Part shown: one piece after another, positions 1-8,412 of the stretch | Layout: each line of letters opens with the position of its first letter | How positions within the stretch are numbered: position 1 is the stretch's first letter | NCBI GenBank assembly: GCA_965223775.1 | Contig: OZ245021.1 | Span: forward strand, 5,069,517 to 5,133,516 | Length of the DNA stretch: 64,000 nucleotides | From: Gammaproteobacteria bacterium | GTDB lineage: Bacteria > Pseudomonadota > Gammaproteobacteria > HK1 | Direction of reading: 5' to 3' | Made by a program: the position numbers and the translations under genes | The notes under the pieces: generated by a model | Told to the model about the DNA's origin: nothing | The model's input: only the letters and a program-made list of their open reading frames with translations | Databases searched by the model: none

Positions 1-486
1 GCCCCGGCGGCAATGGCTCTGCACGTAGCGCAGGATGACGGGGATCTCCCTCGCGAGCGGACCGTGCACCTCTCGCCAGTAGCGCTGGAACTCCTCGACC
101 CCGAGGTCCGGCCGGCGGTGCACGAACTCGATGTTCTTGACGCACCCGTCCGGAAGATCGCCGTCCTTGATGAGGTGCTCGTCGGTGACGAGGGTCTTCA
201 TCGTGGAGCGGTCGATGAACCGCGCTTCGTCCTCCTGCACCGCCCGCAGCATGTCCGTGCCGTCGAGCGAACGGATCGCGTCCACGTCGTCGAACCAGAC
301 CTCCGCGATCCCGTCATGGGCGGGCTCCCCCTTGCGATACCCGGCGAGGAGGGTGTGGGACTGCACGTAGCGCCGGATCCCCGGAAGCCCCGAGACCACC
401 TCCGCGTGGCGGGTTCGCCAGTATTCCTGAAAGGGCTCGACCTCCATGTCCGCCCGGCGCTTGAAGTAGACGACCAGCTTGACCAT
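1..486 (-). CDS. EthD-domain protein with two tandem EthD domains; 5' part only, the ORF runs off the window start
   Basis: Manual minus-strand translation starting at the ATG at 486: MVKLVVYFKRRADMEVEPFQEYWRTRHAEVV...RYVQSH, then a second ...VKNIEFVHRRPDLGVEEFQRYWREVHGPLA...ILRYVQSH. There is no stop before position 1. It is absent from the ORF track because it is open-ended. Confidence 0.5.
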   Translation of the reverse strand, partial: MVKLVVYFKRRADMEVEPFQEYWRTRHAEVVSGLPGIRRYVQSHTLLAGYRKGEPAHDGIAEVWFDDVDAIRSLDGTDMLRAVQEDEARFIDRSTMKTLVTDEHLIKDGDLPDGCVKNIEFVHRRPDLGVEEFQRYWREVHGPLAREIPVILRYVQSHCRRG

Positions 487-625
487 CGATCTCCGCTCCC
501 CGTGTTCCACGTTGCGGCGGCCGCGCCGCGCGGCCGCTTCGCATGATAGGGCACCCGCCCCCGAAAGCGGCTCGGACTTCCGCCTTGAAGCCGCCCCCGC
601 GCCGATCCCGCGTTTGCCCGGCTCG

Positions 626-799
626 TCAGCCATCCAGCAGGTTGATCGAACGCAGCTCGGGGTGGATCGAGGAGCCGCGGCCAAGGGTTGCCCACTCGCA
701 GCCGTGCTCGATCGTCGCTTTCGGGGTCTTGCGTTCACCCGCCGCGTGGGCCTTGACCGCCCGCAGCAGCTCGTCGTTGATGTCTATCGTCGTGCGCAT
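626..799 (-). CDS. VapB-like ribbon-helix-helix antitoxin; small ORF with no adjacent toxin gene
   Basis: 58-aa ORF, MRTTIDINDELLRAVKAHAAGERKTPKATIEHG... The N-terminus matches the MRTTLDLDDELL VapB antitoxin signature. No PIN-domain gene follows it. Confidence 0.35.
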   Translation of the reverse strand: MRTTIDINDELLRAVKAHAAGERKTPKATIEHGCEWATLGRGSSIHPELRSINLLDG

Positions 800-993
800 G
801 TGCGAGAGTGTATTGGCAGATATGTTTTCGCACTACGATTGCCGGCAACGACCGAAAGGCAGCGGTTCTCCGGTCTGCGATCTCGCCCTCCTCCTCCCCC
901 GGCCATTCCCGCCGAGCCGTGCGATGATCCGCGCGGCGCGGCAGAATCGGGCTGCCGCCAGTTCGAAGGCATCGGAGATTCACGGCAAGGGCA

Positions 994-1932
994 ATGGCCG
1001 CACGTCCGAAGATCGAATCCGTCCCCGAACGGCTGAGCGCGCTCGCGCTGCGGTTCTCCGGAATGGAGGGCATCGGGGTGTCGTTCGAGTTCTTTCCTCC
1101 CCGGACGGAGGAGATGGAGAGGACCCTGTGGCGCTCGCTCCTCCGCCTCGCCCCGCTCGGGCCGAGGTTCGTGTCCGTAACCTACGGGGCGGGCGGCAGC
1201 ACCCGCCATCGTACCCACGCGACCGTGCACCGGATCCTCGAAGAGACCTCCCTGACGCCAGCGGCGCATCTCACTTGCGTCGGCGCATCGCGCGACGAAG
1301 TGGACGAGGTGGCGCGGTCCTACGACGCGGCCGGGGTCCGCCACATCGTTGCGCTTCGCGGCGACCCTCCCGAAGACGGCGCCCACTACGCCCCGCATCC
1401 CGGCGGATACGACCACGCCGTCGATCTCGTGGCCGGGCTCCGCCGGATTGCGGACTTCGACATCTCGGTCGCCGCCTACCCCGAAACCCATCCCGAGGCC
1501 CCGAGCCCCGAGTTCGATCTCGACAACCTCAGGCGCAAGCTGGACGCGGGCGCGAGCCGCGCCATTACCCAGTTCTTCTTCGATACCGAGCTGTTCCTGC
1601 GATTCCGGGATCGCGTGCGCCGGGCCGGGATCGAAGCACCGTTGATCCCGGGCATCCTGCCGGTGACGAACTATGGGCAGGTAGCCCGGTTCGCCCGCAT
1701 GTGCGGAACGACCGTGCCTTCCTGGATGACCCGGATCTTCGAAACCCTCGAGGACGACCCGGAGGCGCGCAAGCTGGTCGCCGCGATGGTGGCCGGGGAG
1801 CAGTGCCGGATCCTCGCCGCCGAAGGCATTTCCGACTTCCACTTCTACACCCTCAACCGGGCGGATCTCACGTTCGCCATCTGCCACATGCTCGGCCTTC
1901 GTTCCGCGCCCACCGGCCGAGCCGCCCCGTAG
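994..1932 (+). CDS. metF: 5,10-methylenetetrahydrofolate reductase
   Basis: 312 aa with VSFEFFPPRT, VSVTYGAGGSTR, IVALRGD, ITQFFFD and DFHFYTLNRA motifs; collinear with E. coli MetF. Confidence 0.92.
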   Translation: MAARPKIESVPERLSALALRFSGMEGIGVSFEFFPPRTEEMERTLWRSLLRLAPLGPRFVSVTYGAGGSTRHRTHATVHRILEETSLTPAAHLTCVGASRDEVDEVARSYDAAGVRHIVALRGDPPEDGAHYAPHPGGYDHAVDLVAGLRRIADFDISVAAYPETHPEAPSPEFDLDNLRRKLDAGASRAITQFFFDTELFLRFRDRVRRAGIEAPLIPGILPVTNYGQVARFARMCGTTVPSWMTRIFETLEDDPEARKLVAAMVAGEQCRILAAEGISDFHFYTLNRADLTFAICHMLGLRSAPTGRAAP

Positions 1933-2052
1933 CCGCCATCCCTTCACCGATATGCAACTTCAACCGCCTATGGTGACGAAACCGCGCTCAGCGCCGGACT
2001 CCCGAGCGGCACGCCTGCCTCCGGGAAACCTACCTCCAAAGGAGAGAAACCC

Positions 2053-3033
2053 ATGCGCTCGATCACCACTCTGGCCGGCCTGCTCCTGGCCGTTGCGCTC
2101 ACCGCCGACGCCCTGGCCGCGTCCGGCAAGCTCGTGCTCTACACCTCGCAGCCGAACAAGGACGCCCAGCAGACCGTCGACGCCTTCCGCTCGGCGTATC
2201 CCGACGTCGAGGTGGAATGGATCCGGGACGGCACCACCAAGGTGATGGCGAAGCTGCGGGCCGAGTTCGCGGCCGGCGCGCCGAAACCCGACGTGCTGCT
2301 GATCGCGGACGTCGTCAACATGGAGTCGCTCAAGCCCGAGGGACGCTTGATGGCGCACCCCGATGCGCCGGTCGGTCCGTACGACCCGGCTCTCTACGAC
2401 AAGGACCGCACCTACTTCTCGACGAAGCTGATCACGACGGGCATCGTCTACAACACCGGCGCACCGATGCAGCCCGCCGAGTGGTCCGACCTGGTCAAGC
2501 CCGAGGCAAAGGGCCTCGTCGCGATGCCGAGCCCGCTCACCTCGGGGGCGGCGACCGTGCACATGGCGACACTCACCTCCAACCCCTCGCTCGGCTGGAG
2601 CTACTACGAGATGCTCGCGGCCAACGGGGTGACCCCCAAGGGCGGCAACGGAGGCACCTTCAAGGCGGTCGCGGGCGGCGAGAAGCTCTATGGCATGGTG
2701 GTGGACTTCGTGCCGATCCGGGCCAAGGCGAAGGGTTCGCCGGTCGAGTTCGTGTTCCCCGAGTCGGGCGTGAGCGCAGTGACCGAGCCGGTCGCAATCC
2801 TCTCGACCGCCGGCAACCCCGATGCGGCCAAGGCATTCGTCGACTTCCTGCTCTCCCCGGACGGCCAGGCGCTCGCCGCGAGCCAGGGCTACCTGGCCGC
2901 ACATCCGGAGGTCGCGCCGCCGCCCGGATTCCCGCCGCGCGATCGGATTCGGCTGATGGCGTTCGATGCCGCGCAGGCGCTCGCCGGCGCGCACGCCGAC
3001 CGCAAGCGGTTCACCGAGGTGTTCGGCCAGTAG
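2053..3033 (+). CDS. ABC transporter periplasmic substrate-binding protein, Fe(III)/FbpA-AfuA-like family
   Basis: 326 aa with an N-terminal signal peptide (MRSITTLAGLLLAVALTADALA). SBP_bac_1/8-like sequence, an RBS GGAGAG upstream, and followed by a two-domain permease and an ATPase. Confidence 0.8.
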   Translation: MRSITTLAGLLLAVALTADALAASGKLVLYTSQPNKDAQQTVDAFRSAYPDVEVEWIRDGTTKVMAKLRAEFAAGAPKPDVLLIADVVNMESLKPEGRLMAHPDAPVGPYDPALYDKDRTYFSTKLITTGIVYNTGAPMQPAEWSDLVKPEAKGLVAMPSPLTSGAATVHMATLTSNPSLGWSYYEMLAANGVTPKGGNGGTFKAVAGGEKLYGMVVDFVPIRAKAKGSPVEFVFPESGVSAVTEPVAILSTAGNPDAAKAFVDFLLSPDGQALAASQGYLAAHPEVAPPPGFPPRDRIRLMAFDAAQALAGAHADRKRFTEVFGQ

Positions 3034-3349
3034 ACGTGCCCCCCGCTTGCGGCGGCCGGGGTCGTCGAACCGACGACCCCGGCCGCCGGGAGAAACCGAT
3101 CGACTCTCCGTGCCGGATCGGTCGGTTCTTCGTTCCTGGTCGAAGCGTCCGAAGCCTCACCGGGCGCCGGCGATGCCCGGCGCAACCGGGAGGGGCGCAG
3201 GAAATACCGAAGCGAGTCGCAGCAGAGCAGTCTTCCAGGCGTGCGGGCACCCGGAAGGAGCCCCTGCCGGACAGACTGCCGCGGAGCGGGTACTCCGCTG
3301 TCCGAGCACCGGCACATCCGTACGCACGGGGCGAAACACGGGAGCGCAG

Positions 3350-5092
3350 ATGAACCGGTTCCCGGCCGCGACGCACGCGTCCAGCCGCATCAAGCCGCGG
3401 ATCCCGGCACGGTTCGGAGCGGACCTCTGGCTCCTGTTGCTGCTCACCGCCTTCGTCTTCTCGCTCTCGGTGCTGCCGATGGGCCGGCTGCTTCTCGAGG
3501 GGGTGGCCCCCGGGGGTGCGCTTGACCTCTCGGTGCTCACCGAGGTGACGCGCGCGAAGTCCACCTGGCTCGCCACCGAACGCAGCCTCCTCACCGCCGC
3601 GGGCGGTACGGCTCTCTCGCTCCTCATCGGCAGCGCATTCGCGCTCCTCGTGGCGCTCACCGACCTGCGCGCCAAGACCGCGCTCGTCTTCTGTTTCATG
3701 ATCCCGTTCATGGTCCCCCCGCAGATCACCGCCCTGAGCTGGATCCAGCTCTTCGGACCCTCGAGCCCGCTGCTCAAGACGCTCGGGATCGCACCGCCCC
3801 TCGGCACCCCGCATCCACTCTATTCCCCGGAAGGGATCATGCTGCTCCTCGGGATCCAGCACGCGCCGCTCGTGTTCCTGGCCCTGCGCGGGGGCCTGCG
3901 CTCGATGCCGCGGGAGATGGTCGAGGCGGCGCGGGTGTGCGGCACCGGAAGCTTGCGGGTGCTCGCCGACATCGTGCTGCCGCTGATGGCTCCGGTGCTG
4001 GTCGCCGGGACCGCGCTCGCATTCGTCTCCGCCATCGGCAATTTCGGGATCCCGGCGATGCTCGGGATCCCGATCAACTACTCGACGCTGCCGGTGCTCA
4101 TCTATCAGCGGCTCTCGGGGTTCGGGCCATCGATCATCTCCGAGGTCGCGGTGCTCTCGATCCTGGTCGGGGTGATCGCCTTCGCCGGGGTGGCCATCCA
4201 GGGATGGATGCTCCGGCGGCGTGACTACCGCACCATCGGCGCTCCGTCGCAATCGCTCGCCTTCACCCTGGGCCGATGGCGAGCACCGGCGGAGTGTGCG
4301 TGCTGGGCGATCATCGTCCTGATCCTGGTCGTCCCCCTCGTTGCACTCGCGGCGACGTCCCTGGTCTCTTCCTACGGGGTGCCGCTCGACCTGAGGACCG
4401 CGACCCTCGAAGCCTATCGCGAGGTCATGTTCCGCCAGGCAGGCACGCTCCGCGCCTTCACCAATTCCTTCTTCCTCGCCGCCGGCGCGGCGGCGCTGCT
4501 GATGCTGATCGCGGTCCCGCTCGGGTACTTCATCGCCTGGCGGCGCTCGCCGGTGCTGCAGACATTGAACCTCATCGCGGAGCTGCCCTACGCGCTGCCC
4601 GGGGTGGTGCTCGCCATCGCCTGCATCCTGATGTTCATCAAGCCTCTGCCCCTGGTCGAGGTGAGCCTCTACGGAACCATCTGGATCATCTTCGTCGCCT
4701 ACCTCGCGCGCTTCCTCACCCTTGCGCTACGGCCGGTGATCGCCGGTTTCGCCCAGGTCGACCGCGCCCTCGAGCAGGCCGCCCAAGTCTGCGGCGCCCG
4801 CTTCCTCTTTCGCCTTCGCACCGTCGTGCTCCCGGCGGTGCTGCCGATGGCGGCCACCGGCGCGATACTGGTGTTCATGACCGCGTTCAACGAGCTGACC
4901 GTCTCCGCCCTGCTGTGGTCATCCGGCACCGAGACCCTCGGCGTGCTGGTCTACAACCTCGACGACGGGGGCTACACGGTCCTGGCCGCGGCGGTGGCGA
5001 TCCTCGCGGTCATCGCGATCCTGGGACTGATGGGCGCGGTGGAGGCATTGGCGCGCCGGTTGCCGGAGGGCGTAGTGCCGTGGCGCGACTGA
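3350..5092 (+). CDS. ABC transporter permease with two fused transmembrane domains, FbpB-like
   Basis: The ATG at 3350 (MNRFPAATHAS...) is in frame with the 2966..5092 ORF. It is a roughly 580-aa polytopic membrane protein with two binding-protein-dependent permease signatures. The upstream part of the ORF overlaps the SBP gene and is not coding. Confidence 0.8.
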   Translation: MNRFPAATHASSRIKPRIPARFGADLWLLLLLTAFVFSLSVLPMGRLLLEGVAPGGALDLSVLTEVTRAKSTWLATERSLLTAAGGTALSLLIGSAFALLVALTDLRAKTALVFCFMIPFMVPPQITALSWIQLFGPSSPLLKTLGIAPPLGTPHPLYSPEGIMLLLGIQHAPLVFLALRGGLRSMPREMVEAARVCGTGSLRVLADIVLPLMAPVLVAGTALAFVSAIGNFGIPAMLGIPINYSTLPVLIYQRLSGFGPSIISEVAVLSILVGVIAFAGVAIQGWMLRRRDYRTIGAPSQSLAFTLGRWRAPAECACWAIIVLILVVPLVALAATSLVSSYGVPLDLRTATLEAYREVMFRQAGTLRAFTNSFFLAAGAAALLMLIAVPLGYFIAWRRSPVLQTLNLIAELPYALPGVVLAIACILMFIKPLPLVEVSLYGTIWIIFVAYLARFLTLALRPVIAGFAQVDRALEQAAQVCGARFLFRLRTVVLPAVLPMAATGAILVFMTAFNELTVSALLWSSGTETLGVLVYNLDDGGYTVLAAAVAILAVIAILGLMGAVEALARRLPEGVVPWRD

Positions 5093-6147
5093 GCCTTGAG
5101 GACATCACCCGCCGCTTCGGCAGTCACGCCGCCGTCGACCGGGTGTCGATCGAGATCGCGGAGGGCGAGTTCCTCGCGCTTCTCGGCCCCTCCGGCTGCG
5201 GCAAGACGACGTTGTTGCGCCTCCTCGCCGGTTTCGAACGCGCCGACGGCGGGACCATCCGTTTCGACGACGAGACCGTGAGCGGACCGCATGTCCACGT
5301 GCCGCCGGAAGATCGGCGGGTCAGCATGGTATTCCAGTCGTATGCCCTGTGGCCGCACATGAGCGTGGCCGAGAACGTCGGCTATCCTCTCCGGGTGCGA
5401 AGAGTGCCGGCGGCCGGGCGGGCGGAGCGAGTGCGGGCAGCCCTGGCCCAGGTCGGGATGTCCGAGTTCGGCGGGCGCCGGCCGGCCGAGCTTTCCGGGG
5501 GGCAGCGCCAGCGGGTGGCCCTCGCCCGCTGTCTGGTCATGGAGCCCCGGGTGGTGCTGCTCGACGAGCCGCTTGCGAACCTCGACGTACACCTGCGCGA
5601 GGCCATGCAGTCGGAGTTCCGCCGGTTCCACGCGCAAAGCGGCGCGACGATGATCTACGTCACCCACGATCAGTCGGAAGCGATGGCGCTCTGCCACCGT
5701 ATCGCAGTCATGAGCGATGGACGGATCGAGCAGGTCGCCGCACCTCGCGAGGTCTTCGCGAGACCCGCTACTGCGATGGTGGCCGGATTCGTCGGGCGCG
5801 GGATGGTGGTGCCCGGTGAGGTGGTCGGCGCGGACGGCGACGGATACTGCGTCGCTCGCCTCCTCGGTGCAACGGTTCGTGTCAGATGCGGGAACCCGTC
5901 TCCTGGGGCCGCGACAGTTTGCTTGCGTCCGGACGCCCTCACGCCGGGCGAGGCGGGGCCGGACCGCATTGCGGGTCAGGTCGTCGACACGGTCTACCGG
6001 GGCTCGATGACCTCGATCGAAGTCAGGCCGGATGCGGATCCGTCATGCACATTGCGGGTCGACGTCGGAGACGTCCCACCGGCGGCGGGGGCACTCGTGC
6101 ACCTGGAGGTGCGCGACGGCTGGCGCATCGCGGGCGCACCGTCGTAG
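5080..6147 (+). CDS. ABC transporter ATP-binding protein with a C-terminal TOBE-like domain, FbpC/PotA-like
   Basis: The GTG at 5080 overlaps the permease stop (MARLSLEDITRRFG...). Motifs are Walker A GPSGCGKTT, LSGGQRQRVALAR and LLDEPLANLD. Confidence 0.85.
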   Translation: MARLSLEDITRRFGSHAAVDRVSIEIAEGEFLALLGPSGCGKTTLLRLLAGFERADGGTIRFDDETVSGPHVHVPPEDRRVSMVFQSYALWPHMSVAENVGYPLRVRRVPAAGRAERVRAALAQVGMSEFGGRRPAELSGGQRQRVALARCLVMEPRVVLLDEPLANLDVHLREAMQSEFRRFHAQSGATMIYVTHDQSEAMALCHRIAVMSDGRIEQVAAPREVFARPATAMVAGFVGRGMVVPGEVVGADGDGYCVARLLGATVRVRCGNPSPGAATVCLRPDALTPGEAGPDRIAGQVVDTVYRGSMTSIEVRPDADPSCTLRVDVGDVPPAAGALVHLEVRDGWRIAGAPS

Positions 6148-6395
6148 CGCGGTCCTCGCGAGACGGAACCCCGCCGCAGGGACGCCGGCGACCGGCCCCG
6201 ACCGGACGGGGAAAGGGCGGCGTTTCGCCGGGTCATCGATCGTCGCCGCGGCGGTACGTGCGAACGCGAGGGCCCGCCCGCCATGTTCCAGCCGGCGGCA
6301 CGGGCCTTGTCCTCTCGATCCATCGCCCGGCTTCCCGGCATTTCCGCTGCCGCCTCGATGGAAGGGAAGCGGGGCCGGGCGCCTCTCCGGGCGAC

Positions 6396-7265
6396 TCAGT
6401 GCCAGGCGCGGGGCTTGCCGCGGACGCTGATGCGCCACAGGAGGCGGGTGTTGCGCTCGTTCGTCGCGGGCTCGATCGGTGTCCCCGAGTGCAGCGTCTG
6501 GGTGGTGTCGTAGATCGCGATGTCTCCGACCCGGTACTTGTGGCGATAGATGAACCGCTCCTGGAGCACGTGCCGCTTGAGCTCCTTCAGTATCGCCGCG
6601 CCCTCCTCCTCGTCAATTCCCTCGATTGCGAAGGGTGTGCCGGCCACCCCGTAGAGGGTCTTGCGGCCGGTGACGTCGTGGGGTCGGATGATCAGGTGCC
6701 GAACCGCCGGGACCCGCTCCACCTGGTCGTCGGTGATGAGAGGATTCGCGACCGCCTCGTCTCCCTCCCCGCTGCCGGCACCGTAGAGGTGCCGGGCGTA
6801 GCGGCCCTCGAGACGCTGCTTCATCTCCTCCGGGAGCTCGTCGTACGCGCTCTTCAGGTCCGCGAGCTGCGTCTCGCCGCCGGCCGCCGGGGACTTGATG
6901 GAGTGAAGCATCGTCGCACTCGACGGAACCGCCTCGTAGGACTGGTCGGTATGCCAGAACGCGGCGCCGTTGCGCACCGCCTCGTTGTCCTTCCATTCGC
7001 CGGCGTAGTTGCCGATCGCCATCATCTCAGGGTAGCCCGGCATGCGCAGGTGGTCGAGCACGTGCGGAATGGGCTCACCCCACCAGCGCCCGAACTCGAG
7101 GTACCGATCCTTGGTCATGCGCTGGCCGCGAATGACGAGCAAACGATGTTCGTGCACGGCGTCGGCGAGGGTCCTGAGCGCCTCGTCGTCGAGACCGCCG
7201 GCGATGTCGATCCCGACCGCCTCGGCTCCGAAATTCGCACGTTCGAGCGGACTGATCGAAAGCAT
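6396..7265 (-). CDS. TauD/TfdA-family Fe(II)/2-oxoglutarate dioxygenase
   Basis: 289 aa with HTDQSY and other TauD-like conserved residues (WH...D...H). Confidence 0.75.
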   Translation of the reverse strand: MLSISPLERANFGAEAVGIDIAGGLDDEALRTLADAVHEHRLLVIRGQRMTKDRYLEFGRWWGEPIPHVLDHLRMPGYPEMMAIGNYAGEWKDNEAVRNGAAFWHTDQSYEAVPSSATMLHSIKSPAAGGETQLADLKSAYDELPEEMKQRLEGRYARHLYGAGSGEGDEAVANPLITDDQVERVPAVRHLIIRPHDVTGRKTLYGVAGTPFAIEGIDEEEGAAILKELKRHVLQERFIYRHKYRVGDIAIYDTTQTLHSGTPIEPATNERNTRLLWRISVRGKPRAWH

Positions 7266-7394
7266 GTTCGGTTCCTCCTGCTCCTTCGTTACCGCCGGCG
7301 GGCAGGGCGGATTGCCGCCAGACGCGGTTGACCGGCCCGCGCTCGTGGCGGCGATCGAGACCGCCGGGAGCTTCGGACGCCGGGAAACATTCTA

Positions 7395-7633
7395 GCCCGG
7401 AAAAAATCACCGATTTTCTGCTGCGGACGCCAATCTGTCGCTTCGCGCTCCCAAGGTCGCCGCGGTAGCGGGCCGTACTCCCTCAAGCCGCTTCGACAGC
7501 GCGAACGCGCTAGTGTCGGCTACGCCTTCGCCAGCGCGTAAACGCTCTTGCGGTCCGTGCGGCCCGCTACCACGGCATTCTGCTTCGCGGCTTCGCGGCG
7601 CCCTCGCGACGAAAATCGGTGATTTTTCCGGGC
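7395..7633. repeat. Palindromic MITE/REP-like element, copy 1
   Basis: Terminal inverted repeats GCCCGGAAAAAATCACCGATTTTC ... GAAAATCGGTGATTTTTCCGGGC, with an imperfect palindrome throughout. Four related copies occur elsewhere in the window. Confidence 0.85.
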
Positions 7634-7678
7634 TGGCCCGCCCGCCGCCGGAAGCACCCCGCGAGGCGCGCGGCTGGC

Positions 7679-8374
7679 TCAGGCGGCCGGCTGGCCGGCG
7701 CCGGTCTGGCTGAAGAGGATGCGGCGCTCCTCCTCGCTCGGCGGCTCCGTCCGCCGCCACTCCTTGCCCACGTCGACTCCCCGCCGGGCGGCGGGGCGCG
7801 CCTTCATCGCCCCGTGCCACCGCACCACGTTCGGATAGGCGTCGAGAGACTGCCCGAACATCTTGTAGGGCAGGAGCCAGGGCCACGTCGCCATGTCGGC
7901 GATGGAGTAGGCGCCGGCGAGGAACTCCCGATCGGCCAGGCGACGGTCCATGACCCCGACGAGCCGGTCGTACTCCTTGGCGTAACGGTCGTGCGCATAC
8001 GGATTCGCCTCGGGGGCATAGTTCACGAAGTGGCTGAGCTGGCCGGCCATGGGACCGAAGCCGCCCACCTGCCAGTAGAGCCATTGCAGGACCTCGAAGC
8101 GGGCGTTCGCCCCGCGGGGCAGGAACCGGCCCGTCCTCTCCGCGAGATAGCACAGGATCGCGCCCGACTCGAAGATCGCGATGCGCCCCTCCGGCCCCTC
8201 CGGATCGACGATTGCCGGCATCCGGTTGTTCGGGCTGATCGCGAGAAACTCGGGCTTGAACTGGTCTCCCTGCCCGATGTTGACCGGCACCAACCGGTAG
8301 GGAAGCCCGCACTCCTCGAGCATGATGGATATCTTCCAGCCGTTGGGGGTGGGCCAGTAGTAGAGGTCGATCAC
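7679..8374 (-). CDS. Glutathione S-transferase, YfcG/GstB-like (Nu class)
   Basis: The C-terminal 231 aa of the 724-aa ORF align with E. coli YfcG (VIDLYYWPTPNGWKISIMLEE...FLAISPNNRMPAIVD...FESGAILCYLAE). A GTG start at 8374 is preceded by GGAGAG. The long Pro/Arg/Gly-rich upstream extension is not coding. Confidence 0.85.
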   Translation of the reverse strand: MIDLYYWPTPNGWKISIMLEECGLPYRLVPVNIGQGDQFKPEFLAISPNNRMPAIVDPEGPEGRIAIFESGAILCYLAERTGRFLPRGANARFEVLQWLYWQVGGFGPMAGQLSHFVNYAPEANPYAHDRYAKEYDRLVGVMDRRLADREFLAGAYSIADMATWPWLLPYKMFGQSLDAYPNVVRWHGAMKARPAARRGVDVGKEWRRTEPPSEEERRILFSQTGAGQPAA

Positions 8375-8412
8375 CGGTGCTCTCCGTTCGTTCGGTTCAA
8401 TCAGCGCGGGAG

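Noticed and set aside
543-1976. 477-aa ORF overlapping metF, and 784..1947 minus-strand ORF
   Set aside because: Wrong-frame and antisense artefacts. The metF frame (994..1932) has unmistakable MetF motifs.
2966-3349. 5' extension of the permease ORF back to 2966
   Set aside because: It overlaps the last 70 bp of the SBP gene and an intergenic region. The ATG at 3350 begins the hydrophobic permease N-terminus.
7679-8374. Association of palindromic elements with GST genes (copies 1 and 4 both follow GST genes)
   Set aside because: Probably coincidence. Other copies follow unrelated genes (Uma2, membrane protein, lysR fragment). The common factor is insertion next to 3' ends.
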